NCBI GenBank assembly: GCA_011109175.1
Contig: RDEW01000007.1
Location: 557,712-621,711, forward strand
Origin: Dicyema japonicum
Lineage: Eukaryota; Animalia; Dicyemida
Direction of reading: 5' to 3'
Length of the DNA: 64,000 nt
In this document: piece after piece, positions 1 to 14,167 of the stretch
How the letters are laid out: each line of letters opens with the position of its first letter
How positions within the stretch are numbered: position 1 is the first letter of the stretch
Made by a program: the position numbers and the translations under genes
The notes under the pieces: generated by a model
Databases searched by the model: none
What the model was told of the DNA's origin: nothing
What the model saw: the letters and a program-made list of their open reading frames with translations, nothing else

Positions 1-600
1 GGATTGGGATCGCACAGCGCCTAGGAATTGATGTATGCGTCGAACACCAATGTCGTTGTGGAGGGATCGTCGATGTTAAAGGGCTGAATCCGCTTTCGCA
101 GAGCACCCCGCCACGCTGCTATGAAAAGCATTGTCATGCGTGATCTTAAAGCTGCAGGCTTCCCTGCGGTGCTGGAGCCAGTGGGATTGGACCGCGGAGA
201 CGGGAAAAGACCGGATGGGCTAACAATCTTTCCATTCTCCGAGGGAAAATCGCTAGTATGGGACTGCACTTGTGTGATTTTTTCTCGAACTCGATGACGT
301 TCATCTCGGCGTAGTCTGCTGAATCGGCAGCTGATCTGGCCGAGAAAATCAAGATAAAAAAATATGGCGAAATCGGAGATCGTTTTGTACCGGTGACAAT
401 CGAAACGTTTGGTGCTGCGGGAAGTATCACAGCCTCTTTCCTGAAGGAAATCGGGGAAAATTGGCCCATCGTAAGGAAGCGGTCTGGCTGAGGCAACGAA
501 TTGGAATTGCATTGTCCGCGGAAACGCTTACTCCGTAATGTCAGCAGCCGCTCTTCCCCGTTATTGTTAATAAATAATATTTTATTGTTAAATAAAACGT
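1..600 (+). mobile_element. 3' end of a CRE-clade (RLE-type) non-LTR retrotransposon, degenerate
   Basis: Plus-strand translation gives a zinc knuckle (HQCRCGG), then RHAA...[35 protein letters not shown]...KKY...PVTIETFG...WLRQRIGIA, then an AT-rich tail; frameshifted. Confidence 0.8.
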
Positions 601-628
601 GTTTTATTAAAAAAATGAGACAAAGGTT

Positions 629-1060
629 CAACTGCACTTTTACGCATAGCTACATTAGTTAGAGCCAGGCAGGAGGACACACACCTTATTTCAATAAAGA
701 ACAGTTATGATAACTTTTTTTAATCAAAGGGAACCTTATTTAGCCAAAAAGTAACAGTTAACAATTTCTGGCTGCTCTCATTATTAAGAACGCATTTCTT
801 CTGACGATTTGCAAGGAAATTCGCTCAATGAGCCTTTCTCTCCGATCATTCTTCCTCTTCTCGATGAACGAACCGATCCTGTTTAGCAGCATCAGTGACC
901 TGCTTCCAATAATTCCTGATGTTTCAACTGAAATTTTCACTGATGACGTCACTCGTCAAGCCAAAGCACCGTAGATGAACATTCAACCAAAATTTCAGTG
1001 CGAGATTCTAACCATGGGCCATCAGTCCTCTTGCCTGGCACTCGTTACACTGAGCCAAAG
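629..1060 (-). mobile_element. tRNA-derived SINE copy (tail 629-710, head/core 933-1060) split by a CRE 3' fragment (755-932)
   Basis: The reverse complement matches the copies at 23207-23473 and 36470-36785 (GACGAGTGACGTC-ATCAGTGAA core; ATAACTGTTCTTTA...GTGCAGTT tail). The intervening segment reads SVETSGIIGSRSL...ERISLQIVRRNA. Confidence 0.7.
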
Positions 1061-1568
1061 GTTCAAGTGAATACTATAATAAGCAAGGAAACAAAAATCC
1101 ATAATAAACCTGACATCTTTTCAATAAAGCGAAAATCAAAGTTAAGATCACACCACAACAGTCCTTAAAATAAGTAGTTTGAAGTACAATTGCTAAGGGC
1201 AATACAGATCCTCGTGCAGGAACACATAAAATGACCTGTCTCTCATATATCATTAGTATCATAAATAGAATCATATTAACTATCATCCTATACTCGAATG
1301 AAAACCCTCAAGTTCTTTCAATTTTGACCCGAATCATACGTGCACCCAACAATTTGAGTTTCCAAGGTCTTTTGACTCCTTCACCTCGTCCATGCTCACG
1401 AAAAGAAAGACAATGACATTCGTGAAGCTGAGTAGAAATTCCATGCAATAAAGGTAGGTCACCACCTCAACCTTCTGACCAACAGCCACGTGGTTAACCG
1501 CTCCTAAAATAATTAATAAAAATCCTAATATCAAAAAAAGTTAAATTAATTTGTTTGTCAAAAATAAA

Positions 1569-4334
1569 TCATTTCCACATATAAGGGGGAATCTCGTCAA
1601 CAGTAATGTCCTCACATCGAGTGTCTCCACCGACATTATAAGCCACTCTTAGCTTCATTTTAATCCCTCCCGCATTCTACAACTCACAAAAAGGCTTACC
1701 TGAGTAGTCACAAAAATATTCTGGATAAAACTACCGAACCCCTCCACCACAGTAGTCCTCGGTGGACACACCTCGACTTTCATATTCTGCATAAACCATC
1801 AACCTCACCTTAAGAACAGCCACTTTCACGTGCAAATCACAGATTACGCTCGAAGTCCTGCTATCCACCACCACATCGATCCCCCATCGAGGACCTGGAC
1901 AGCTCGGAAACAAAAGTTTAACGGAAATTTCGTTCCCCTCGTAAACTAGGGTAATTTAAAAATTCCACCGATTAAACATGACTCTTCCATCTTTTCCGTT
2001 TTTCCGTCAAATTCAGGCACGTGATCAGACAGTTCGTTAAAACCCAACACATCCGACAGTTCAGATTTACAGATTCCACCGATTAAACATGACTCTTCCA
2101 TCTTTTCCGTTTTTCCGTAAATTTCAGCCACGTGATCAGACAGTTCGTTAAAACCCAACAAATCCGATTGTTCAGATTTACAGATTCCGCCGATTAAACA
2201 TGGCTCTTGCACCTTTTCCGTTTTTCCGTCAATTTTAGCCACGTGATCAGACGGATCGTTTAACCACAACAAATCCGACGGTTCAGAATTACAGATTCCG
2301 CCGATTAAACATGGCTCTTCCACCTTTTCCATTTTTCTGTAAATTTCAGCCACGTGAACAGACAGATCGTTGAAGCCCAACACATCCGACCGTTCAGATT
2401 TCTCATTTTTTTCAGCATACTTGGAATCACCCCCTCCAAATCCATTAGTGAATTCCACCTCCTCGTCAATTTTGTCAGAGAAGAAACTAGAATTTCAGTC
2501 AATGCCAACCCTTCTCTGTCGAGCACGTGCAAGCATTCATATGCCCGCTGTTGCACATCAGGGTCACTGTAGTGAGAATACGGATCAATGATCCCCCTCA
2601 CTCTGTCCTTCACGGTCTCTACCTTGTTCCCCAGTTTCGCCAAAGATACAAGTCCGTATTGGATTAGAGCCACATCGACCTTCCTCAGCGCCAGACTTAC
2701 TACCATGTCGACCAGCTCAGCACTATTCCAAAATTCCCGACTGATCAGAAGATCACAATACTCCCCCACACACCATACAGCCACCTGAGTCATTTGTGGA
2801 CATGTAGGAGTCATATTATTGATGATTTTTCGAATAATGGGCAGTCTCTCCGCAGACTGCATACACAGAATGGTCTGAATCAGGGAGAAAACAAAGTCAT
2901 TTTCCACAAATTTTCCCGCCAAATTCACAGTCTTGAGTACCACGTCCACATACCAGTTGATAGAAATACAGTATTTGCGAGCATTTATCATCACAGCACG
3001 ACAGCACTCACTCTTAGTACTCGCAGGACATCTATTCCCGAGATAAGTCAGCAAGGACTCGATCACAAAGTCCACGTTATCCTCAGAGACAATATTCTGA
3101 GAATGTACAAGGCGAGGCTGAATATCAGTAAGCAAGCAACTTTGATAGGGTGGGGACATTTTCGAGCAGACAGGCAGAGATTTTAGTCAGGTGCTCAGAG
3201 ACAAGCCGTTTGTGGGAGTAGACAAACTTCTTCATTATCGAAAGAGCAGTAAATCTATCTGATGGGGGAGAAAATACCTAAAATGGACGTATTTGAAGGT
3301 CAGAAAGTTCGAGATGAAGTCCATGGACTGGTGGATGCCCTCATCGTCGTTGCACTGTTTGAAGCAGAACATAATTTCACAAATGACACTGAATCTGTTA
3401 GAATTCTGACTCACAAAGAAAGCCTAGGCGTTTTTTACGAAAAAAAACCTGGCAAAATAAGGAAGTAATCTCCGTTGAGGTCCTTCCGATGGCCTTTATG
3501 AGTCTAATTAACGAAATAAGGGAGAAAGAGTCGATGAAGCAAACTCCGGGTCTGTTCTGAGATTTTATGTGGAACTCTATCAAAGAAACGACTTTTTCGA
3601 GAATATTCTACAGTGAAATCACGGAAACATACATCTCTACAGTATTCACGGTACTCAGGTCCGATCTCACATATTGCCGTCAACAGAGTCACGGCAGAGT
3701 AGACAAGTCCGTGAACCTCACGTCCATCTGAGGAAATTATGCGGAAAACTGGGGTGAAGAAGGTCTCGGCTGAGCTCGGAACACATCGGACTATGCTTTC
3801 AGCCACAAAAAGAGCTTTTTTCCGGATTTGTCTGCTTCCATTTTGTGCCATAATTGAGACTTCGTCCACGAATTCTCTCAGAAGAAGTTCAGATTTTATA
3901 TTTGCGAGGCAATTCAGAGCGAGATTTATCACCTCCTGCCTTGAATGAACAAGAAGGTCCTTTTTGAGGACATTTGTGAGCAGCAAATGAGTCTCAGAGT
4001 TGGAGTCAAAAAGGATAGTCGCGGCGAGGTACCCGAGCCTCTTTTGGCTGAATTTGTCAGAAATCATCAAATTGAGACATTCTAACTGGGCAAAGTGAGT
4101 CGAGTATCCAAGCATGTTGAGATAAATTATTTTCCCGATATTTTTTATCGAATCAGTTTTGCTTTTTTTAGATTTGCTGAGGGATTCTCTAATTCTTGCA
4201 CATTCGTGATTAATCAGGGAGGCCATTTCCCCATCAGTTCGGCAATTTCGGACATCCGAGATGAGGCTGGTTTATGTTCCTGCTTGTCTTGAATCTGGAA
4301 ATAAACTTAATTCGAACCTATTTCCGATATTCAT
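1569..4334 (-). CDS. AP1G1: AP-1 complex subunit gamma (gamma-adaptin), multi-exon
   Basis: LINHECARIRES, YLNMLGYSTHFAQLECL, KRLGYLAA, VAVWCVGEY, DVQQRAYE and a C-terminal ear ending EIPPYMWK*. ~23-nt introns; one 1-nt indel near the 5' end. Confidence 0.93.
1955..2400 (-). repeat. ~108-nt (36-aa) tandem coding repeat x4 in the gamma-adaptin hinge
   Basis: SD(L/V)LGFN(E/D)LSDHVAEI..KTEKMEE.CLIGGICKSE repeated in ORF 1946..2458. Confidence 0.9.
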
Positions 4335-4984
4335 TGAATTTAAAACTATACGACCTACTTGGCTAATTAATCCTTAAATACATTTAAATTATTTTTATTA
4401 AGTATAAATAAATTTTTTATTTTTTAAATTTATTTTAAAAAAGCAATTTAATTTTGTTGAAAGGGTGTGTAGAATACTTCTGTTTTTCGCCAATCCTGAG
4501 GAAACCTCTCCGACAAAATACATAAGTACTACGTACCCGTTTGCTGTTTTTTGAAGGTTCCCTTTTTTCTCACAAACCCAAATCGAACCCACGCAAATAG
4601 AAGTGGAATCTGCTATGAAGGCAACCTATGCTTTCCTCCCAGATGCCATATTCAAATTGCGGGGCCCTGTGGTATCGTTTCCTAACACAGATCTACAAGT
4701 CAATAATACATATCCAGACCATCTGAAGGTTTCGGATATACATCAATCCTGGAACCTAGTAGACCGAAGGATTCCCCCTGTATATGACAAGAATCCTGGA
4801 AAAACTAATTATCGACATGATCCGCCCATATCCAATTATTTCATGATATTTATAGAATTTGGTATTTTTAGGTATTTAATTACCTCAGCCTCTCACTAAT
4901 AAGAAGCCTGGGGTCTTCAACCACCGCTGAGATTGCTAGAGGCTTCTGCTAGCCTTTCAGAGTGAGTGAAGGTCAATTAATTGC

Positions 4985-5124
4985 TAATTAAGGTATATTC
5001 AGTTTACACAGTCGGAGTGAAGCGCATATCTCATACATTACATCCGCCATTGTGAGCCCTCCACTGGAGTAGGGAAGAGAGGGATCCTTTTTTGATGCCG
5101 ATCAGTCAGTGGGCGTCTCATGAG
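4985..5124. repeat. Unclassified dispersed repeat family X, copy 1 (continues at 6303-6325 after a hAT insertion)
   Basis: TAATTAAGGTATATTCAGTT...TGGAGTAG.G.AGAG...TGGGCG shared with 32968-33105, 31320-31497, 41170-41348 and 60567-60755. Confidence 0.7.
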
Positions 5125-6302
5125 TAGGGCGATTTTTATTTTGACTTTATAAATCGGAAATTTTGACCTAAAATTGACTATTTTAATCAAGAAATATTCT
5201 TTCCTCGGGGACCGCTACCGATTTACTCCTGTTGCGGTCGAGTCATCGGGAGTCGTTGGTTCAATGACGGCTGAGTTCATGCGCGAACTCGAGGAATGCT
5301 TGCCAGAAAGAAAAGGAATCAACGAGAAGCGCTATGGCTGAGACAAAAGATTGGAATATTCCGAGGGAACTCGTTCGCTATCCATGCAACCGGCTTCTTC
5401 AACTAACAGTTGTTTCTTTGGTTAATAAATTTTTTAATTTAAAATTGACCGAAATTTTGACCCTTTTTGACTTTATGGTAAATTTATCTACAAAAAATTG
5501 TTTTTAATATAAAAAAATTATTCAAAATCTTTATTAAAATGCAGAACAATGTAATTAAAAACGTTTTAAGGTTTAAAATTTCGGTCTTTAAATAGTAATT
5601 TTTCCAAAAAAAACTTATTGAACAAATAATGTTTTTCCACTTTTGTGATAGAAAACACTTGATTAACGAATAATATTCATTCCAGTACTTCCCGATTCCA
5701 CATTATTCTTTTCAGTGTCATTCTTGATTGAACGCAGCATCACAGTGAATGATGATAATTGATTCCATGCTAGTATTTTTTTAAATTAATCAGGTATTTA
5801 AGTTTAAATAATGTCAAAACAACCTAATTATAAATAACTAGGACGACAGAATGGCGAAGGCGTCACCTCTGATAATCGATATTTTGAGCCTCTGCCTCAA
5901 CCTGAGCCTCTCCCGTGGCTCACAGCTTTTTATTAAAAACTCGAAAATTAAAAAAATCAAAATCAATTAAAAATCAAAATCAATAAAAAATGACTTTATT
6001 GACCTTTTTAAATTTAAAAAAATTTTTTTATTAAAAATAAGGACAAAACATTAGTTTGCTGCCGCCCTCACTGCGTGGCTGTTCCCTCTCAGAATTGTGA
6101 GCGAAATTCGCTCAAACAGCCAGCGGTGTTCGCGGAGATCTCCAGTGCATGAGGTGATCCGGTTTCCAAGACGTCCGAAAAACTCTAGTGTAAAGGGGGA
6201 GTAGGATCCGGAAGTCTCCGTAGCAAGGGGAAAAATTGAACACTATCGGAAAGGTCGCCGTATTTTTGACAATTTTTGACTTTATTGACAAAAATCGCCC
6301 TA
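5125..6302. mobile_element. Non-autonomous hAT-type DNA transposon (MITE-like) containing three CRE fragments
   Basis: TIR TAGGGCGATTTTT ... AAAAATCGCCCTA; 8-bp TSD CTCATGAG at 5117-5124 and 6303-6310; many subterminal TTTGAC motifs. CRE 3' fragments at ~5196-5430(+), 5796-5930(-) and 6045-6262(-). Confidence 0.85.
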
Positions 6303-6734
6303 CTCATGAGTTAGGTGGATCCCCCACAAAGGAAATGAAGAAAACAGAAAACCATGAACAAGCCATGAAGTGCTCTAAATGCGAAAATTCATAAGAAATT
6401 TTTCTAAAAATCCCACCAATTTTATGTATTCTCATGGAAAGTGCTTGCGAGAGATAACTAGTAGTCTCTTATCCTGATGAGGGGTTCGTAGGCACTTTTT
6501 TAAAATTTCAGTGGAGCGTGTTTGTTTTGGAGATTTAAGATGCGCTTATCTCTTTTTCCGAATGGCGTCCCAGGATCGCCCCTATTTTCTTTAAACCTAT
6601 TCACAGCCGATCTGATATCCCAGAAAACGAGAACGACAACCTATTAGCAGATGAAACTGTTCTGGCCTCACTGAATGTTCAGGTTACAACATCAAGATTG
6701 TAACAACACTAACGTTTGGTTATAGGCATTCCGT

Positions 6735-6815
6735 GACGAATTGCGACGGATCGGGGAGAGAATTGCTCATGAGATCTCCAAGGGTCGGACACGACTTAAT
6801 TTGGATAACATAACG
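6735..6815 (+). mobile_element. RTE/BovB-like 3' terminus fragment
   Basis: ACGGATCGGGGAGAG...CATGAGATCTCCAAGGGTCGGA.ACGACT...ACATAACG matches the 3' end of the element at 16097-16480. Confidence 0.7.
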
Positions 6816-6859
6816 TTTGGTTAGAAGACAATCAATTACCTCTGAGAAATCAGTCACTA

Positions 6860-7345
6860 CGTTATTTAATTACCACATAAAAAAAGTGTGGAGGACTCCA
6901 AACACGCTACAGTCTGGGAGAGATCCCCCTAGAAAACATTTAGCTCTTCTGGATCCTCCAAGACACGACCACTATGCGGAGTGTATACGTTGTCGATGGA
7001 CATTAATCTCCGCCCGACGCGTAATTGAATAATCCTTATTCTATCGTTGATCCTCCAGAAACGGTATAGTCCAACAAGCAAGTCCTTATGCACCGCAAAC
7101 CCTTGTCCACGGTGTCCACAGTCAGTAAAATTAATTCGCACGTAATCTCCGTAGCTCTCATCTAGGCTTTCTTTGAATTTCGTCTCAGAAGGCAGCATAT
7201 CGATCTTCCTTATTTACCCAAGTCCAGACAAATAGATACCTCTTGGGCTGGTCGCTGAAGTCTATGGCGTTAAATATAAGAATAGTCAGCCTTCCGAGCG
7301 TAAATCATGCATAAAGTGCAAGAAAAAGACGTCACCACCTCAAAC
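6860..7345 (-). mobile_element. RTE-like non-LTR 5' fragment (APE endonuclease)
   Basis: LSETK, GQGFAVHK, NDRIRIIQL and NVYTPHSG motifs. Confidence 0.7.
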
Positions 7346-7468
7346 AAAAGAAAGACGTCACTTGGGGGTTAACGAGATTTAAAAAATTGATTTACAAAAA
7401 ATAATAAAATTTTAATATCTATTTTTAAAATAGTATTAAACTATAAATAATAACCACCGAAGAATTAT

Positions 7469-8582
7469 ATGAGTTTCTCATTAAAATTGTTGTTTATCAA
7501 AAAATTAGAGCAATACAAACATCAAAATCTTTCTCCCCCACGTGACTTTATTACATTATACAGATTTTCGTGGTTACTAGTAGCTTGTTCAGTCCTGTGT
7601 TTGCTTATAGGATCCTTGATTTTCTATTACAACTCCCAGGTATTTCTCTACCACATTTTAGACAGTCGAGTTGACGTTCGATTATTCTCACTGCAGAGAC
7701 AACGCCACTAAACTAGACTGCGACTGGCTCAGAGAGACTCATCCGTCGAACCAATCTTCGTGCACGTGCTTTGTGAACTTCAAACTGGACTCCACAATCA
7801 AGGTTTGACTTGGAAATAATTTTCAAGAACGATGTTTATATTTATTATATTCTCGGGAACTACAACCAAAACCACAGATTGTACAAATTTTCCCTGGATT
7901 GGAACCAACTGGGTGGGTCCTCGGACCATCCGTCGACCACATGTGAACCTCACAGAGTCTCGAATGCTGGAATCCCTTATGCTCCCTGCGGAATAGTGGC
8001 AAATACGTTTTTTAACGGTTTATTTCTCTAATTTGAGCACAGATTCCATTCTACTCGAAAAACGAGTTAATCATTCATATCAGACGGTCCCTTTGGTCAA
8101 GACAGGAATCGTCTTCCCTTACTTCAAGAAAAAGTTCAAAAATCCCCCGAATTGGGGAGGAAAAACTCATCCCCCGTCCTGGAAGATAAATGTATGGGAC
8201 TTGGACACAACGGACGGGTCTAATAACGGGTACGAAAACGAGGATCTGATCGAATGGATGAAAGTATCGGCCACAATGTACACCAAGAAGTTCTACCGTC
8301 GCGTGAACCACAGCACTTCCGAATACAGTGGGGGACTTGATCCTGGAAATTACCGATTCAGGATAGAATACAGTTACTTTACAACTAAAACATATAGATT
8401 ATCCCGTTTCGTCATTTGGGGGATACAAACAGCTAATATTGGCGAATAGTGGAGTGCTCGGTAGACCGGGGGTTTTCCTTCCTGTTATATTTTTTATTTT
8501 GGGGTTGACCATGCCAATTTTGTCTATTTACACATATCGAAGACATTTAAGAGTTCTCAGAATTTCAAATAGGCTTGAATAA
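7469..8582 (+). CDS. TMEM30: CDC50/LEM3 family P4-ATPase flippase beta subunit
   Basis: YIYYILGNYNQNHRLY, PCGIVANTFFND, GYENEDLIEWM, KFYR and two TM segments; four introns of 22-26 nt; stop at 8580-8582. Confidence 0.9.
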
Positions 8583-8689
8583 TTTCGATTTAAATTTATG
8601 TTAACTTTATAAATTTTAACAAACAAAAATATTCAAATTTAATTATTTTAAAAAAATTAAAAAAAATTAATAACACTGCTTGGATCAGC

Positions 8690-10460
8690 AAAGTAAATCT
8701 TCAAGTTATTGCGCCGACGATTAAATAGGTTTGTTCTGCCTGGAGATTCGCTATTCCTTCTACGAGGGTGGATCGTATGAACTCTCTCAGACGGAAGATC
8801 ATGAGGCATATACAATCAGACTCCACATTCGTGCTTTCAGAGGAGGCGACGTTGAAGAGTGGCCAGGGTTTCCTACGTTTCTGCAAGGAACTGGGAAACC
8901 CATTCAGAGAGAGGGTGGTTCATGCGGAGGAATTCAGATCGGCATTAAAAAAGTGCACTCCGATAGAATTCCTCTGCAGAAACAAAAGACACTTTACAGA
9001 AACGCTGTTGGTTCACTGGCGGAGCATTCGAAGAGAATTCGAGAAATGTTGGAGACTGGGATCACTTAATTTAGCAAGTTAATTCTTTCTTGGTGGTCTT
9101 GGAGTTAAATAAATAAATCTCACTACCCAACCAGCATATATCTATTTTAGCATACTCTTTAAATCAAATAGAAGAATGGCAAATTTTGAAGGGAGAACAA
9201 ATCCCATACAAGAGCTCAGTCAAGGTTCTTGGAATAACCTATGACACACTGATGACTTTTAGCAAATATGTGTTAAAAGTAATCAGTGCGTCTGCATAAA
9301 ATTGAAGTTGTAAAAATGTTTATTTCCAAATTCAAACGATCTTTCAATTCAACGGTATACCAAATTTATCGAGTCAACCATGCTTTGGAACAAACCTAGC
9401 CAGATCAAACGTTGAGAAGATTAATTGTACTCAGACCATCTATCGACCCCCAGAGGTTATGAAAAAGGCAACCCCGTAAGGAAATCCGGTAGCACATTCG
9501 TCCAACATGAAAAAGTCAATCCGGGAATGCGTTGGTTCCCGAGAGAAACGTTAAGGTCTACACTGAGAGAGGCTGAGATCGCCTGATGGTCTAACCTCAT
9601 AATTTTTTTAGTAACAATTTATTTAAGTTTAAATAATGTCAAAACAACCTAATTATAAATAACTAGGACGACAGAATGGCGAACCGTTATTTCTGATAAT
9701 CGCCATTTTGAGCCTTTGCCTCAACCAGAGCCTCTCCCGTGGCTCACAACTTTTTGAGACGAGTTTGCTTTTAATGCTGGAGAGAAAGGCGTCCGTCTTC
9801 GCTCCCACGGTTCCAGTTGTCTCCATAGCAATGGGGGTGAAATGGTATTGGTCTCCGAGGGATTCGTATTTACGGATCTTCTTGGCATCCGCCTAGTAGG
9901 CTGCGTCTCCAGGAGAGTGCGTCGCCGTCAGTGATCTGGCCCTTGAGAAGGTGTCAACACACGTTGCGTCCAGACGAGTGATTTTCCGTGGGAGTATGGG
10001 AATAACGTCATGCCATCCGGCCTCTTCTCGTGGCCTCTGTCTAAGCCCAAAGATTCCAATTGGGCCGGAAATCCCGCAACCTTGAGGGCACGAAAAATGA
10101 TGTCATTGAGGGCTGCGTGACGCGGGGCTCGACCAGCACTTCGTCGGCAAAAGAGTGAATGTAAGCCTTTCGTATCAACGTCCCCGCCGCAACGGCGTTT
10201 GTGTCTCTGGCATATGTCCAGTCTTAGGCGCAGTGCACTCCGATCCTCAAGCTGTTTTCGTAACCTCATAATTAGTTAATATAATGTGAGTTACCTCTCA
10301 TAATTGCGAGCACAATTTTCTGGAAAAGCCATCTTTTATTCTAAGTTCGCCCTACCGCTTCCCACAAGTCGTCCGAGTAACCTGATAAACTCAATTTTTC
10401 TCGGACCAATAACGCCAGATCTCTCGACGATATCAGCTGGAAAACGATCCGGTCCACGAT
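8690..10460. mobile_element. Cluster of CRE-like remnants: RT region (+, 8690-9080), RLE end (-, 9620-10260), 3' fragment (-, 10310-10460)
   Basis: CRRSAGRAPRHAALNDIIFRALKVAGFPAQLESLGLDRGHEKRPDGMTLFPY. The 9620-9750 tail is nearly identical to 5796-5930. Confidence 0.7.
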
Positions 10461-11099
10461 TTCGTGATGCCACAATTTAAATTACATAATTAGTTGGTTG
10501 AGTGGTTGACATTACTACTCTAGTAATGTCTTTGTCCCTATCGTACTACAAGTCTGTCTATTCTACATGAAGAAACTTGTAGAAAGGATAGTAGGGAGTA
10601 CGACACAAGCGAACCACTAAGTTTTCATATTCACGGAGGTACTTTCACTTATCTAAAGAAAGATTTGTCTCCCAAGTAATTAGTTTATCCAATTTTATCT
10701 TTTTTAAATAGTAGTCGTGCAAGTTTTTCAATTTTTGTTGCATACAGCCAACGAGAGTACCCGACGTTCCCATAGCAAACATTCAGTAAGAAAGAAGACG
10801 CTGGCTTCCACCAGTCATGTGGAGATGCTCATGTACAAAATGTACAGACGAAGATAATTGGGAGTGTTTTATACAATTGGAGGTGACTTCATTAACTCCC
10901 ATCTTTCAAAATGGATGTGACCCCCTCATTTCACTTGTCTTGTGAATTACGAAATGATCGACTCAGGAGATATTCGGAACGAGGAAGCGTCAGATACGAA
11001 TTTGAATCTCGTCTGACACAGTTTGGGGGAACATGAACAAGTCCAGCTTGAGAAGGAACGGGGGAAGTACAAATAGATTATTATTTCTAACAAAAAATG

Positions 11100-11800
<701 letters not shown>

Positions 11801-12184
11801 GTAGTCCTATATCAATAAAACGTTAAACATGTATTTAAATTAATATTATTTATTAAAATAATTTTAATAATATAATTTTCACTAAAATGTGCTGATTGAT
11901 GTGGGACCTGATTTTTAAATCTTAAGATAACTCAAAATTAATAGCTTTCGAGTTGCTCTCTTGAATTCAGTAATTGCATAGTGACTGTTTGACTTTAGTG
12001 AGTTCAATAATAATGTTCTATACCAGTCACGGAGAATGAAAAGACTGAGAATATTTATTAACCCATTGCTTACCATCTTTTGCAATCTCAGCGCACACAG
12101 TCACAAAAAATTAATCCAAGATGAACGTCTGCCTGTACCGACTAAATACATCTGCCGATAGGCCATTACAGGTACCCGCTTTGG

Positions 12185-12365
12185 GTTGATGAGTGACGCC
12201 GTCATCAGTGAACATCTCATTGCGGAACCGGATCGTCTACAAAAGGACATACACCCAACAAAAAAGAAGTGAAGAGCATTCCTTAATTCTATTAAATAAA
12301 GTGTGTGTCCAGTCTGGGAGGAGCTATAGCTAACATGCACGCTGTGAGCGAAGTGAGCTGGGTTG
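12185..12365 (+). mobile_element. tRNA-derived SINE copy, 5'-truncated
   Basis: GAGTGACGCCGTCATCAGTGAAC...CGGATCGTCTA...GAAGTGAAGAGCATTCCTT matches the other family copies. Confidence 0.75.
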
Positions 12366-12449
12366 CTAGTTTTAAATAAAAATGAACTTATATATTTTCC
12401 ACAAATTTGGTCTTTGTGGATCGCCTTTCTTCATAATTTAACCTTCCAC

Positions 12450-13400
12450 CGAAAGTACTAAAGAAATTTCACAGCAAAACAGTCATGGAGTCTGTCCAGC
12501 TTAATTTGGAGTCGACGAGCATCTAATTTAACATGTAAAATCTTCTTTCTACCAAAATAGTTGTCCCAGGACACTTCCATAAATTTGCAAAAAAATCTGG
12601 ACAAAAAGCTTTTAACTTAGCATTTTTGATATTCTTAATGGCATCTTACTTGTCCTTTTTTTAAGATATAATTCGATAACACACGGATCCTGTTCAAAAT
12701 TGATTGAATCTATAAATTTAATTGCATCCATAATAGTAAAAAAATTATTCTGGCATTTTCTTATTTCCACAATAATTGGATGGTGTCGGGAAGCGGTCTG
12801 GCTGAGGCAAAGAATTGGTATCGCAGTTGTTCGCGGAAACGCTTACTCCGTGATGTCAGCAGCCGCTCTCCCCCATAGTTAATAAATAATATTTTATTGT
12901 TAATAAATTTTTGAAATAAAAAAAATTGAATGGTAGACAGAAATCAAATCGTTAAATCATCTGATTTTATTGAAGCTTTAGCGTTTTCCATAAATTATCC
13001 ACCAAATTTCGATAATAACTTTCACTGGGAATTTCATATCCGAATTTTTTAAAGAAATCAATAAATTTAGTGTCGCGGATTTTGTATAATCGCATATTCT
13101 ATTTGATCATCATTTCGACAAATTTTGCTCCAAACTCTGAATGTGGAAATCATTTTTTGAATTTTTGACGAATTTTTTATGTTTGAACACTTTGTTTTAT
13201 TATTTTGCCGATGTTGCTCCACATTATAGTTTTTATTAAAGTTTACATTGACTAGACATTTTAGACAATATAAACTCGCATTAAATTCCCGCTCAAATTA
13301 CATGGGATATTTGATTATGATTTTTTTAATTTTTTTCAAGTCAGACAACTTTGAATTAGGCATCATAACAAAAAGAAACTCAACGCGAAAAAAAATTATA
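12450..13400 (-). pseudogene. Decayed hAT (CGGBP/DUF659-like) transposase with a CRE 3' fragment inserted at ~12780-12910(+)
   Basis: Minus-strand fragments: LYCLKCLVNV..YNVEQHRQ (zinc finger), FIDFFKKFGYEIPSES, CPGTTILVERRF (hAT C-terminal VERxF); many stops. Confidence 0.5.
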
Positions 13401-14167
13401 TAGCTATGTCTAAATATAGAAAGCCAATTAATGGACAGAAAATTTTTGAAGGAGGCATCATATGGTGACGTCACAACCCAGCTGTGACTTGCGTCATTAA
13501 CCTCGAAGCAAGATTGTTAGCTAGTCGCAGAATAGCACTCCTGAGAGAAATAAGGAACAAAATTTATTGAGCGTCATACAGGATCGATAGTTCTGCAAGA
13601 AGGTCATACTTGTGAAATTTTTAGCCTCACCTTGTTTGTGGCGATCCCGGGAGATTATTCCAACTTCAATTAAAATACAGCTTTATGAGCTCTGTAACAG
13701 CCACAACCCCAAATCCTTCAGAAAACCCAAATGAGATTACTACCAGATTATTTAACGGCATTTAAGCACTGGTCTCCACCATCTTAGTTGATATCCCCCC
13801 ATACACCAAGAATAAGTTAATAGTTAACAGCTAATTCAGTGCATCAGATCTACGGTCGCAAAAGCATACCTTCCAGGATCACACATAAGTTTGTCCAGAA
13901 CACAGAAAGGGGGAAAACATCCAGTCCTTCGAATAGAGTGGGGAAACGATCTTTATTTCACGACACCCTGGCAATATTATTACACAACCAGGTTACCAAA
14001 TTCCGAATCAAACCACTAACACGGAACAAACAGTACGCATCTGGCACCATTCCATATTCGAGGACCTCAGTAGTGAGCTTTATCGGTTGAATCCCCCTGA
14101 ACTAACAACACTATCCGTAAATACAGTATTAACTCTCAAAGTATATTCATATAAACATCAACAAATA

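Noticed and set aside
1074-1534. Hydrophobic ORFs suggesting a membrane protein downstream of AP1G1
   Set aside because: Other frames show APE-endonuclease-like remnants (GRGEGV, GDLN-like); no ATG or consistent splice model.
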